From Squalus acanthias (lineage: Eukaryota), in assembly GCA_030390025.1 (NCBI GenBank), contig CM059432.1, forward strand, positions 126,358,001 to 126,422,000: DNA of 64,000 nt, given 5' to 3'. Position 1 is the stretch's first letter; every line of letters begins with the position of its first letter. Of this stretch, positions 40,171 to 52,258 are shown one piece after another. The position numbers were made by a program, and so were the translations under genes. Under the pieces are notes generated by a model that was not told the DNA's origin, made no database searches, and worked only from the letters and a program-made list of their open reading frames with translations.

Positions 40171-42419
40171 GGTCGTGGGACCTGAGCGCATAATCTTGGC
40201 TGACACTTCAGTGCCGTGCTCAACAACAAATACTACCAAAAACAGATTATCTGGTAAATTATCTCATAGCCGTCTGTAGGACCTTGCAGTGCACAAATTG
40301 GCAGCGGCATTTCCTGACATTATAACAATGACTGCACTACAAAATGACTTGGCTGTGAAGTAGTTTGTGGCGTCCTGAGGTTGTGAAAGGTGCTTTATAT
40401 ATGCACGTTCTTGCTGTCTTTCCCTCTTGTATATGTTGTGTCCAGACCATTATACAGCAGATGGCACAGTTCTGTGGTGGCCTGTCTTGTGAATTGTCGA
40501 GGTGGAGGAGACAGGACATCTCTGACTTGTCTCGGTGCAGATCCCGGGAGAGTGATGGGTGTGGTAGAAATGCACAAGGGATCATTGCTGGCCCTTCACA
40601 CACTCCATTTCTGCATGTCGAATACATATGAACCTGAAAGAAATACCCATCCTCATCTCTTTGTATGTCAAGGCAGCATAATGCAAGAATAATGAAGAAA
40701 AGTACTGGCGGGGGGCACAAAATATAAAAGTGCAAAAGGGAGGAATACCCAGTAAAACCAACAAATTCATGGAGCAAAATGCATCAAAAAGGTAACATGA
40801 AACTGTGAAAACAGGTTAAAAAAAACTTCAAAAAGCCTACCCTTTACGAAGGCAACTTCAGCAGCGAGCTCCCAGTATTCCTATTGGGTCCAGTTTATAT
40901 GGGTGAACCTCACCCAAAATTGCCAAATTTGCTGTCAAAAACGTTAATATTTAATTGTACTATTTAAATAAGATTGGATATAATGGAAGCAAGGTAACAT
41001 TATCGTTTTTTCTTGATAGGAGTACAGATCAGAAAATAGGGTGCAGAGGTCATTTTGCCAGAGTCGTGATGCTCCTGATTTTCCAGCTTTTGATTTTAAT
41101 TGCTTGAAAATCAGAAGCCCCATGACTTGGGTGTGCTGATCTCCACTCTGGGCGTGGAGTCTCAGCATTCTAGGGCTTTTTGTCAATATACCATTGAAAT
41201 AAAGTTAATGATTGAAAAATGAAACAGGCTTTTCCCAAGTGATTTTATATTTTTTGAATATTTTCATGCAGCGACTTTGAAGATATATTTGGCAATTGAG
41301 TAGCAAGGGAGAAGTGGAGCGTTTGGACAGATCTGTTCTGTTGCCATTCTTGACCAACTCGTGATATCACAGTAGAGCAGCTGCTGTAGCAGTCACCAAT
41401 TACATTGAAAAAACACTAACTGAATTTTTTTCTCCCTCATTCCTGGAAAACACTTCACCCCTGGCGTGTACCTCCCTTAGACAGTCCAACATGAGATCAG
41501 GAACTTCCTCTGTGGAGGGGAGCCCGTATCCTACCACCAATGCAGTTGTGCACTGCGCTGGATAGGATGCATCCCACAGGCTACAGTTATTACAAGAAGA
41601 TGTAGAAATGATGTGAGACTGACAGGAAGGAAGCCAAGAAGCAACAGATAATGGTGAAATAGAGAAAGAGATTTTAAAATGTAAAGAAACAAAGCCAATA
41701 TGACAGACAATGAGAGTCTGGGAGGATCAGACAATGAAAAGGATTCACAAAGAACAGGACAGATAAAGACAGACAGTGAAAGAGCGAACATGTGCATTAT
41801 TTTTCTTTTACCTTTTTTCAATCAATTGAGCTACACAAAAACAAATTCCACCACCTGCACCTTATCAACTGTTCCAACTTCAGCATTCTAATTTTGTTTT
41901 AAAAAAGAGGGCAAATTAAGGGGTCACTTGATATCAGTCTGGCAATATAATTGGGATAATCACAAGAGCGCTCCTCTATATGACAAGGAATGTTGCTGAG
42001 CTGACTGGGATCCTTCCCAGTCTGAACTCTGTCCTGAAGACGTGTTGTCCTGTTTATATGTAACTATGGTAAAGACACATTTTCTGTTGTGCTAACTAAT
42101 TACTAACTGGCTTGGTTGGCTGAACAGTCTCCAATTGAAACTTTCCAAGACCCCAGTTCGGGAGCAACCAGTGCCTAAATCTCACTGTACGCCAATCCAA
42201 CTTGCTGAATTTCTATGTTCCTTTGACATTTAAAAGTTATTAACAACCAAAATTACCTTCTTTTTAAACATCTGTCATTTATGTCCATGTTTTATCACCT
42301 TAGATCAGTCTAGAATTGCATCTCTTTTGCCATGTGGGTTGATATTATGCTGTCAGACCGCTACAAAGATTCCCTATGGTCAACTGTTAGGAAGCATGAG
42401 ATAACACCCAGTCAAGACA

Positions 42420-43090
42420 TCCATAGGGGTATATGGTGGGATAGGGTGGGTCGGAGGAGTGGGGAGGTCATAGGGAATGTTTGGGAGGGTTAAGAGGTGA
42501 GAGGATGGGGCTAAGATGGCATAGATGGGAGCAAATGCAAAGGAAGGGAGGGTGAGGAGAGGCTGTGGGGTTGACTGCAGGTGATAGAATGTGATGGGGC
42601 TGGGGGAGTCGCGGACTATGCATCTTCAGAAGGGATAGTGGGTGAGAAGAGATGGAATGAGAGGCAAGGGAGGAGTGGGTGCAGCAATAAAAGGCAGTGG
42701 AATTGACAGGGGAGTGAAGGGAAGGAAGGAAAAGGCATTGAGTGGGTTGTTCAAAGGGAAGGGATGGGGATGTAATAGCGGTGAGGTGATGGTGGGAAGT
42801 GAAGGGTAATTGGGAAGGCGAAGAGGTAGGGAAAATGATGGGAGCAGGAGGGTGTGGGTAAACATGAGGTATGGGGTAGGAGATGGGAAGATAGCTGCTG
42901 AAGGCTGCAGATTGCATTTTCCCCACACCCAGCCCTCAGTGGTTCCCTTCCCCACCATCTCCTACTTGAAAGGAAAGAGAGAAGCAGAAATGGACAGAGA
43001 GAGGAAGAGAAATGGAACAGAAGAAGTGAAAGAGAGCGAGAGAAGCAGAAGAGAGAGAGAGACACAGAGAAACAGCAACACAAAAACAAC
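42420..43090. repeat. Purine-rich (G/A) low-complexity tract
   Basis: Strong G+A strand bias and (AG)n runs. Confidence 0.7.
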
Positions 43091-44047
43091 AGAATGTAGC
43101 TCAATTACACTTTGCACCCTTAACAGGACAACATCTGTACTTTTGGATAATATATTTTGCATTACATGAAAGAAAGCTTAAATATCAGTGTATCTTCTGA
43201 CTTACTGTGAGCAGTGGCGTAGGAGAATTATTTGTATTTTATAAGTGTAAATAGGACATTTGTTGAAATGGCTAATTTCTAGCTAAGTTCTGCCATTAAA
43301 ACAGCATATCTTGAAAAGCTGTCATCACTTCTATAGTTTTAAACAGTGCAACCTTCCTACAGAAATATCTTTATGCGGTTCAGACTGGTCAAACTAATAA
43401 AAAGCAGCATTATTGAAAAGATTATGCAGGATTTTCAAAACTGCCATTTGGGATGGTGCTTCGTTGGCACTCAGTTTATATCTTCCTGACGGCTGTCAAG
43501 AACTATTCTTCCTTTGAACTAGAAACTATTACCTTCGAACCTCCAATGCTTGGTACAAAACCAAAGGCGTTATTACAATATCAAATATTATTCGATAAGA
43601 TGAAATACATTTCCATCACCCTTCCAGGACCATGTCTTAAATGCCCAGGTATATATCGACCTGGAATTTCCTCTGGCGTTATGTTGGGCAGTCGGCGGAA
43701 CTCGAGCGAAACATTCTCTCAAGCCAATCTGGGAGCTCCAAACGTGTTGCAAATGATGGAAATATGTCATACAGCATAATTTTTGTTATTTGCACCCAAG
43801 CAGGGCTTAATACAAGGAAAACTTCTGCATTCCTTGCAGGATGCGTAAATATGGGTGGTGGATGGGATATTGAAAAATTAAAGGGCTAGAAGGCCGATCA
43901 AACGCTGCAATCGATTGTGTCATTTTTAAAAACTAGTGTGTATTATACTCATTTCCTGTAGTGATATTCCATATTTCCTAACTCTTTCCCATCTCATTTT
44001 GCTGATTATACCTCTATTGCTAGAAAACGGCATATCTTTGACTCACT

Positions 44048-44114
44048 ATAACCAGTGCAAACAGGGCCACAATAACCAGTGCAAACCGGGCCACAATAAC
44101 AGTGCAAACCAGTG
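44048..44114. repeat. 24-bp tandem repeat, ~2.7 copies
   Basis: ATAACCAGTGCAAAC(A/C)GGGCCACA units. Confidence 0.9.
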
Positions 44115-44708
44115 CCGCTTTCAAAACAAAAGATTTCATAGCTCCACTCAGCCCAGGAGCCCATCAACTACATTACGCTGCGGTCAGCTTCCAAGGCCTG
44201 CCACAACCAATCTCCAGCCAGCCCCGGTAGAGGCCAAGGTGGCCACCAAAATTATTCAAATAACCTCAAGCCAGAAAGTCATCCTTACGGTAGGCGCAAG
44301 TCCCACCATGCCACTGTTCCACCAGTGTAGCAGCCGGCAGATGATCTAGGTCATCACTTCTAATAATAGCACATCATGATGGATAAATATCTTGGCTCCA
44401 AAGGTTCCTTGGGCAGGAGACCAGCTAAACCCCTAGGAAACCTGCCGAGACCCAGTTGCACCGGGTCTTCACCATGTCTGGTTACTTTGGAAGGGGGGGG
44501 GGGGGGGCGGGGAGAACCTCTTGCAAGGCAAATGATGGCTGGGGATGATGCCGGGGGACAGAAACAAGGGGCAGGAACTCCCTACGCTGGGAGTTTCTGC
44601 TCCTCAGGCTCAGTCAGTACCTGGATTTGTGTGAAAGAAGTACTGGCCTCCACATAGGTGAATGTGGGCCCCAATCGGTGACTTAGCCCGAGATGACAGT
44701 TAGACTAT

Positions 44709-45436
44709 GGGCCAGAAATTCGGCTCTTGTCGGGTGAGTACGCGCTGTGTAGTCACCCGTAAGGCCACCTGAAGTGCCGGTTTCCTGCATGCACTGCACA
44801 TGCGCGGGAAACCGGAACTTCCGTTCCCCTGAAGGGAGGGGTTCAGAAGTCGAACGCGTGCGCGGGAGAGGCTGCGTGCACGCAGCGAACTTCGGTATTT
44901 TTTTCAGGTTTCTCCGGGAGGGTAAGTATGAAGAAGCTGCACTTTTAAAAAGGAGGCGCAAGGCCTGTTTTTAACAAGGTAAGTGGTTAATTAATTACAA
45001 TTTAAACATTTTTTCCAACAGGTTTATCTTTTTTAGATACTTTAAAGAAAGGTCAGTTTATTTTTAGCACCGTTAAAAAGTATAATTAATTTTTTCAAAA
45101 ATTTTAATTTTTGTTTAAAGTAGTTAATTTATGTAACTTAGTTATTTTAAAAATGTGATTTAAAAAAAAAAATTATTTGAAGTTTAAGTGTGGTCTTCCT
45201 GTCAAATCTATGAATGAAAATGGCCTGCTAGGATTGGCTCTCCATGGCCCACGTGATCCCAGGGGACGCTTCGAACTAACTGCGCCCCTGGGATACGCAA
45301 GCACTGCGCGCCGGCAGCTGCAGGAGGCCCAGGAGCCGAAGTCCTCGTGGGCCCGAAGCACAATGGCAGGCGCAGTAGGCAAATACGCGCGCGATGCTTG
45401 CACCCGCAGGAAGCCGGAAAGCTGAATTTCTGGCCC
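44709..45436. mobile_element. MITE with AT-rich core
   Basis: TIRs GGGCCAGAAATTC / GAATTTCTGGCCC; homologous to 37773-38514 in opposite orientation. Confidence 0.85.
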
Positions 45437-45494
45437 AATATTTGTGTGGAACGTTTCCTCAGGAGATTAAATGGGTGGGGTAGAGTCCATGATA

Positions 45495-45760
45495 ACAACA
45501 ACACAATTTGCATTGAAATAGCACTTTTAACATAGGAAAACATCCCAAGGCGCTTCACAGGAGTGTAATCAGACACAAATTTACACCGGGCCAATGAAGG
45601 AGACATTACGACAAGTCAGCAAAAGCTTGTTCAAAGAGGCAGGTTTAAAGGAGAGTCTTAATGAAGGAGAGAGAAGTGGAGAGGCAGAGAGGTTTAGACA
45701 GGTAATTCCAGAACTTAGGGCCTAGCCAGCTGAAGGCATGGTCACGAATGGTAGGACTAA
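45495..45760 (-). mobile_element. L2 3' UTR fragment
   Basis: Matches the L2 3' end at ~39635-39870. Confidence 0.7.
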
Positions 45761-45767
45761 TGTACAT

Positions 45768-46388
45768 AGGGCTAAAAATTGGGTAGCGCCCCCGAGAGGG
45801 AGGAGGAGCGCTACTGGAAGCACCCCCCGTCCCTCTTGGGGCGCATCGAGGCAATATCGCGGCACGTCGCACCGCAGGCCTTCCTCCCCTTATTAAAGGG
45901 GAGGGGCCTGGCGCAGCGTGTCCTGGCGCCCAGCTGGGCCACTAGGGATCGGGAGTGCCAGCAAACGAGCCCAGCACTCAAGAGGAGTGCCGGGCTCACG
46001 GAGAGCAGCCGGCACCCTGCGGGGGGGCTTCACGGGGTCCGGGGACAGCAACGGGGGCAGGTGCTGGCAGGTGGCCAGCAACAAAAATGGCCGCCCGCCA
46101 TCTCCCCTTTAACTAGCGCCGCCCCAGCCACAGGTAGGCCCCCCTGACCCCGGCTGACATAGCGTCCGGCGGTAAGTCGGGGGGGCGCCACCCAATGTTA
46201 CAGCCGGGGCGCTGCGCACGCCGATGATGTCATCACCGGCAGCGCTAATGGTTAGCGTCGCCGCTAACCTCCCGGTGAATTTCGCAGAAGGCATTAGCGG
46301 CGCCGCGCCCAGGCACTAGTTGATTTACGCCCCATTAGCGCCCTCTTAGGGTGCTAACGGGAGGTGCAAGTCAACCGAATTTAGCCTC
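45768..46388. mobile_element. GC-rich MITE (Harbinger-like)
   Basis: TIRs AGGGCTAAAAATT / AATTTAGCCTC with TSD CAT; related to 20293-20990. Confidence 0.75.
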
Positions 46389-47014
46389 CATAGTTTGTGA
46401 AGGAGCAGGGTTGATTTGCCAAATAGCTTGTTCTCATTCCATGCACCGAGCAAAAATTTACCAATGTGCCAATGAGGATGAGCAAATCAACTATCTGTGA
46501 TAAGCTAAACAGAAACAGATAACATCTGGGCTGTGCCAGCCTATACCAATAAACAAATCTATTTAGCTTTATTTGAACCTATGCTAACACATGCAAAGCA
46601 AAGGCAGTCACGACAAAACAATCAGTCAAAATTGAGAAAGAAATAACCCTGAAACAAGAAATCAGTGCAACAAACACTCTAGGATAACATTTTGTGACTG
46701 TGGAAACAAGGCTAACAAAAAATAGCGCACGATTCTGAATTATATATTTCATGTACATTATTATACTAGAACCCAAGTAAAAAAGGTGTCAAGAGTCCAA
46801 ACAAAACAAACATTTTCAGAAAGTTCAAGTGTAACACTTCACTTTCCAGTAAAAATAGGGGAAAAAACACATGATTTTTTTTTAAATGCTATCGCAAACT
46901 GAACATTATTCATTGTTTATGTACATTTTGCTTGATAATCCACACTGATAGAAATATACAGAAAATCATTTCAGTGTCTTAAAGATCACCAGAATAGGAA
47001 ACTACCATATATAG

Positions 47015-47490
47015 TTTGGCTCAGCTGGTTGCACTTTTGCCTGAGTTAGGTCATGAGTTCAAGCCCCACATCAGCTCTTGAGCATATAACCCGAAACTCC
47101 AGTGCAGGACTGAGGGAATGCTGCATTGTAGGATGTGCCGTATCAGACTGCCCTGCTCATCCTCATTGGCACATTGGTAAATTTTTGCTCGGTGCATGGA
47201 ATGAGAATTTAAACCAATGTTCAGCTGATGTAAAGATCCTATGGCACTATTTGAAGATCAGCAGGGCAATTTTCCTGGTGAACAGGTCAACAGTCCTCCC
47301 TCAACTAACGGCACCAAAAACTAGATTATCTGATGATTCATTCATTTGCTGTTCGTGAGATGCTGCTGTGCACAGATTGCCTGCTCTGTTTGCTGGCCCA
47401 ACAACAATGACTGCACTTCAAAAGTCATCCATTGGTTGTGAAGTATTTTGGGAAGTCCTGAAGGTGCTAAGAAATTGCCAGTTCTTTCTT
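47015..47490 (+). mobile_element. DeuSINE-like SINE, degenerate
   Basis: A box TGGCTCAGCTGG, B box GAGTTCAAGCCC, core GATCCTATGGCACTATTT; same family as 28590-29000. Confidence 0.7.
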
Positions 47491-48059
47491 CCAATAGTGA
47501 CCAATCTTCATTAGATGGATTCGAACCTGTAGTAGAAGACCAGCGGGTGAACTTGGTCAACTTACTGCCCTGTTTTTCCAACGTGAACAGGTCAATGGGC
47601 GGATGAAAATTTACAAAAACTTACTGCTGTCTTCTCGCCCTCATAAAAAAGGTCTTTGGCATTGACATTTTTCTACTTTAAAGCACGATATAAAAATGTT
47701 GTTGTATTTTATCTGGCACGTTTTCCAGAATTTTACTTCGGCTCGGTTTTCGTCACCCCTCCTGATAGCTAATGATTTTCTTTTTATTACGACTCTGCGT
47801 AGGGCGTTGGGACGTTCTGCCATGTTAAAGGTGCTATATAAATGCAAGTAGTTGTTGTTTTTCATTTGGTATATTTTCCAGAATTTTGAAGTCATGTGTG
47901 TCAGGATAGATTTCCGAGCCCGAAGCACGTCGCATGGGGGCAAATTTAGAAATGACCAAACGGTGATTTGCATGCTGAAGGTACGAGATTTATTTTCCGA
48001 GGAAAGCCGAGGAATCCCCTCCTCAGCCAGAAAAGTTTGAGTTTGACACTCTTTGGTGC

Positions 48060-48225
48060 ATTATCACATTGCTGTTTGTGGGAGCTTGCTGTGAGCAAAT
48101 TGGCTGCTGCGTTTCCCACATTACAACAGTGACTACACTTCAAATGTACTTCATTGGCTGTAAAGCACTTTGAGATGTCCTGAGGTTGTGAAAGGCGCTA
48201 TATAAATGCAAGGCTTTCTTTTTTT
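48060..48225 (+). mobile_element. DeuSINE/L2-type 3' fragment
   Basis: Tail GTCCTGAGGTTGTGAAAGGCGCTATATAAATGCAAG. Confidence 0.7.
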
Positions 48226-48391
48226 TAAATTTCTTTCATTATCTAGTATTTGAGGCTACTACAATTTTGCCTTTTGGGACAAATATAACTTCTCCTGGAG
48301 GGCTTACAGGTATTTTAAATATGAAAATAAAGGTGGTTGCAACTTTACAGGGCTCAGTTATTTCAATGGCAATCCAACCCTAGATGCATCA

Positions 48392-48640
48392 TACAAAAGC
48401 AAAATGCTGCAGGATGCTGGAAATCTGAAATAGAAACAGAAAATGCTGAGAATACTCAGCAGGTCAGGCAGCACCTGCGGAGAGAGAAACAGTGTTAACG
48501 TTTCTGGTCGATGACCTTTCGTCAGAACTGGAAAAAGTTAGAGATGTAACAGATTTTAAGCAAGTGCAGAGGCAGGGAATGGGGGAAGGAGAGGAAAGAA
48601 CAAAAGGGAAGGTCTGTGATAGGGTGGAAGGCAGGAGTAC
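48392..48640 (-). mobile_element. Penelope pseudo-LTR fragment
   Basis: Reverse complement of the 3' region of the Penelope at ~50805-51013. Confidence 0.85.
48490..48530 (-). ncRNA. Minimal hammerhead motif, probably weakened
   Basis: Core CUGACGA..GAAACGUU intact, but the stem II closing pair is A-A and stem I is only 3 bp. Confidence 0.55.
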
Positions 48641-48953
48641 ATCATGTTACTTTACAACATACACCTACTATATAATCCTACTCAGAACATTCAACACAAA
48701 ACTGGCCAACAATCGCATCTGTCTTGGATCCCATTACAGCACCAACGCAGGCAAGCGGATTACATGGATTGAGGGTATGCAGAGTTAATTATTTCAGAAA
48801 AAGATTTTATAGTTTTAAATAGGAGGGATAAGGATGAGTCAATATCATCAAAACAAAACCGTTAGGCTGAGCTCGGCAGAAGAGTCACTCAAACATTAAC
48901 CTGCCTTTTCCTCTTTTAGATACTGATCATCAGCTCTGACTTTTAAACATTTC

Positions 48954-49408
48954 GGGGTTGAAAATTTGCCGCCCTCCTGCACCGGGTCTTGGCCATGCCC
49001 CAGAACTTCCATCTGGTCTTGTGACCCGGGGTGAGGGGAGGGGGAGGGGGCGGGAGACAGACACCACCCACTCCAAAAAAGGCCATTGACGCGGGGGTAG
49101 AATCCCACTGCCAGGTAGTTCACCTGTCCCCAACCTCCCAACAGCCGGAGCATCACCTCCAGTAGGTACATCTGGTGAAACCAGACACACTTGGACATCA
49201 AATGGGGGGGATGTGGGCCCCAACTGGAGATCCAGGCCTGGACCTCTCTGAAGAAAAAGGTGAAGAATACTTTTTAAATGTCTTAAAGTTGGCCCCCTTA
49301 CACAAGGTCTTCGTCCTAAGCTCGTGAACTTCGGCAGGATCAACGCTGGTGGTGTCAGACATTCTAGCACTTTCTCCAGGATGTGGCTGCCGTGGATTTT
49401 CAGCGCCC
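48954..49408. mobile_element. Degenerate MITE-like element
   Basis: Ends GGGGTTGAAAATT / GATTTTCAGCGCCC resemble the other Harbinger-type TIRs. Confidence 0.45.
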
Positions 49409-49641
49409 ATTAGCCTAGGAAATTCATGCCTAGATTTTAAATTAAAATTAAACCCATTTCACTGTCTTTTACAAAGAATCTATTTCCTGCCTTTATCTGA
49501 CTGCTTGGCAGCGGAGATAATACATGTCAAAATTCCAAATTTACTCCTTAGGACTCCCATCAGATTTGAGTGTTAGATATTTTGTAAATAGAAGACTCTC
49601 CAGGTAAACAGATACACAATCCAAGCATAAATTATGCTCTT

Positions 49642-50158
49642 CCCCTCACCTCCCCTTTCAGCATTCCGTAGGGACCGCTCCCTCCGCGACACCCTAGTCC
49701 ACTCCTCTATCACCCCCAGCACCCCTTCCCCTTCGCCCGGCACCTTCCTGTGCAAGCGCAGGAGATGCAACACATGCCCTTATACCTCCCCCCTTCCCAC
49801 TGTCCAGGGCCCCAAACACCCCTTCCAGGTGAAACAGCGATTTACTTGTACTTCTTGCAATTTAGTATACTTTATTCGCTGCTCACGATGCGGTCTCCTC
49901 TACATTGGGGAGACCAAACGCAGATTGGGTGACCGCTTTGCGGAACACCTCCGTTCAGTCCGTAAGGGGGACCCCGAGCTTCCGGTCGCTTGTCACTTTA
50001 ATTCTTCGCACCACTCCCACTCAGACCTCACCGTCCTCGGCCTCTTGCATTGTTCCACGGAAGCTCAGCGTAAGCTCGAGGAACAGCACCTCATCTTTCG
50101 ATTAGGCACTTTACAGCCCTCTGGACTCAACATAGAGTTCAACAATTTCAGATCATAA
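49642..50158 (+). pseudogene. Penelope GIY-YIG endonuclease domain (open frame, RT portion missing)
   Basis: CxxxxCxxC linker, NLVYFIRCSRCGLLYIGETKRRLGDRFAEH, E and GLN motifs. The called ATG lies inside the TSD, not in the element. Confidence 0.9.
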
Positions 50159-50268
50159 CCTCGGCCCCTATCATATATATATTTTTTATCCACACTTTTT
50201 GTTTGTGCCTTCTTTTCTTCCCTCCCACATGGCATCTGTCTTCCATTCTGCCAGCGCAATTCACACTT

Positions 50269-50716
50269 AACATAGAAACATAGAATCTAGGAGCAGGAGT
50301 AGGCCATTCGGCCCGTCGAGCCTGCTCCACCATTCAATACGATCATGGCTGATCATCCAAATCCAGTACCCTGTCCCTGCTTTAATCCCCACAGTACACA
50401 TATCCCACCCTACCCCCGTAACCCCACGTATTTAATTCCCCCTAACATATCCCATCCTATCCCCATAACCCCACATATTTAATCCCCCCCTAACACTAAG
50501 GGTCAATTTATCATAGCCAAATCAACCTAACCCGCACATTTTTGGACTGTGGGAGGAAACCGGAGCACCCGGAGGAAACCCACGCAGACACGGGGAGAAT
50601 GTGCAAACTCCACACAGACAGTCACCCGAGGTCAGATTCGAACCCGAGGTCAGATTCGAACCCGGGTCCCTGGCGCTGTGAGGCACCAGTGCTAACCACT
50701 ATGCCACCGTGTTGCC
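50269..50716 (-). mobile_element. HE1-type V-SINE with CR1-derived tail, nested in the Penelope element
   Basis: tRNA head GGTGGCATAGTGGTTAGC..GGGTTCGAATC, V-domain GTTTCCTCCGGGTGCTCCGGTTTCCTCCCAC, TSD ACACTT. Confidence 0.9.
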
Positions 50717-50910
50717 ACACTTCATCTAGAGCCATCCTTTGTTTCTTAACCTGTCCCATTACCATCTCCTTTTACCTTGAATATCTCTTAATGTCTCTTT
50801 AATTCTCCTGCCTTTTATCCTATCACAGACCTTCCCTTTTGTTCTTTCATCCCCTCCATTTCCCAGCTCCGAAACTTGCTTTAAAATCTGTTCCATTTCC
50901 TGCTTTTTTC

Positions 50911-50951
50911 CAGTTCTGACGAAAGGTCATCGACCTGAAACGTTAACTCTG
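50911..50951 (+). ncRNA. Minimal hammerhead ribozyme motif in the Penelope pseudo-LTR
   Basis: AGUU-CUGACGA-A-AGGUC(AUC)GACCU-GAAA-CGUU^AACU, on the same strand as the GIY-YIG ORF. Confidence 0.8.
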
Positions 50952-51295
50952 TTTCTCTCTCCACAGATGCTGCCTGACCTGCTGAGTGTCTCCAGAATTT
51001 TCTGTTTTCATTTATAATTATGCTCTTATTGTTTGCAGTGGACCACAATGTTTCCCATTTGGCCCAATCATATAGAATTCAACGACCCAAACCAATTTCC
51101 CTTCAGTCCTGTTATATAGACTCACTGAATAGAATTTTAATGGACATCACGTTTCTCTATTCACTTCCACTGTACAAAATTGCAATGAACTAGATCAACC
51201 TTTCACTGTCCAGAAATCCAATTATTAGTCACAAGAACATTATGGAATTTTAGCAACAAAGACCTTTGGGCCAAACAAGCGCATCCCTGCTTGAA

Positions 51296-51620
51296 GGTTC
51301 AGTAATGTCTTTTAGGGAAGGAAATCTGCCGTCCTTACCCGGTCTGGCCTATATGCGACTTCAGACCCACAGCAATATGGTTGACTCTTAACTGCCCTCT
51401 GAAATGGCCTAGCAAGCCACTCAGTTGTATCAAAACCGCTACAAAAAACTATAAGAAACTCCCTACCTAACAACACTGTGGGAGTACCTTCACCATACGG
51501 ACTGCAGCGCTTCAAGAAGCCGGCGCACCACCACCTTTTCAAGGGCAATTAGGGATGGGCAATTAATGCCGGCCTTGCCAGCGACACCCACATCCCACCA
51601 ACGAATTAAAAAAAAAAAAG
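51296..51620 (+). mobile_element. MetaSINE-like fragment sharing its 3' tail with the second LINE family
   Basis: TTTAGGGAAGGAAATCTGCCGTCCTTACCCGGTCTGGCC (Meta-domain-like, from recall); tail matches 19780-19930; ends in poly-A. Confidence 0.65.
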
Positions 51621-51631
51621 TACTATTAGTG

Positions 51632-52002
51632 ATTAAAGCAGCGGCGAGAGGATAAAGAGCGGCCCGAGAGCAGAGCTGAATTAAAGCAGCGGCAGGAGGA
51701 TAAAGAGCGGCCCGAGAGCAGAGCTGAATTAAAGCAGCGGCAGCGGTGAGAGGATAAAGAGCGGCCTGAGAGCGGAGCTGAATTAAAGCAGCGGCAGCGG
51801 CGAGAGGATAAAGAGCGGCCTGAGAGCGGAGCTGAATTAAAGCAGCGGCAGCGGCGAGAGGATAAAGAGCGGCCCGAGAGCAGAGCTGAATTAAAGCAGC
51901 GGCGAGAGGATAAAGAGCGGCCCGAGAGCAGAGCTGAATTAAAGCAGCGGCGAGAGGATAAAGAGCGGCCCGAGAGCGGAGCTGAATTAAAGCAGCGGCA
52001 GC
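51632..52002 (+). repeat. 48/54-bp tandem array, 7 full units plus a partial one
   Basis: Unit ATTAAAGCAGCG(GCAGCG)GCGAGAGGATAAAGAGCGGCC(C/T)GAGAGC(A/G)GAGCTGA. Confidence 0.95.
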
Positions 52003-52258
52003 GCGAGGCTCTGATTCAAAAACAACTTTAAAGAGTGATGTCACTGGAGAGCTGGTAGTTGATTGGTTGGTGAGTATTGCAGCTCTTTTTTGCTCCCTAA
52101 GTTAGGGAAGGGGGCTAAATTAAGAGCTGAGAAACTAACTTGCTAGTACTTATTAAATTAATAACTTAAATTAAATTAAATAATCAAACAATGAATCTAA
52201 AATATCGATTGAATACAATCTTTTAACTAATTAATTAATAAATAAAACAAGGTTAGAG

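Larger units (their letters stand above)
49642..51015 (+). mobile_element. Penelope-like retroelement, 5'-truncated
   Basis: GIY-YIG ORF plus a 3' pseudo-LTR with hammerhead; 12-bp TSD AATTATGCTCTT at 49630-49641 and 51016-51027. Confidence 0.92.

Noticed and set aside
40337..40777. Overlapping ORFs and a minus-strand acceptor near 40633
   Set aside because: No recognisable domain and no good donor; overlaps a SINE tail
41482..41590. Minus-strand exon-like stretch LWDASYPAQ..LMLDCLRE
   Set aside because: Weak donor (GTACAC) and no recognisable homology
42468..43169. Several 110-150 aa ORFs
   Set aside because: Low-complexity purine/pyrimidine bias suppresses stop codons
43453..43889. ORFs of 60-108 aa
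   Set aside because: No domain recognised; partly resembles MITE-like sequence
50640..50716. tRNA gene
   Set aside because: It is the tRNA-derived head of an HE1 SINE and has no full cloverleaf
48392..51015. One Penelope element with an inverted 5' pseudo-LTR
   Set aside because: The 12-bp TSD bounds 49642-51015 alone and ~1 kb of unrelated DNA intervenes, so these are likely independent insertions
51632..52002. CRISPR-like array
   Set aside because: Units are contiguous with no unique spacers, the context is eukaryotic, and there are no cas genes
51490..52044. 184-aa repetitive ORF (AAALIQLCSRAALYPL)n
   Set aside because: By-product of 48/54-bp tandem units antisense to a CR1, running on into SINE sequence
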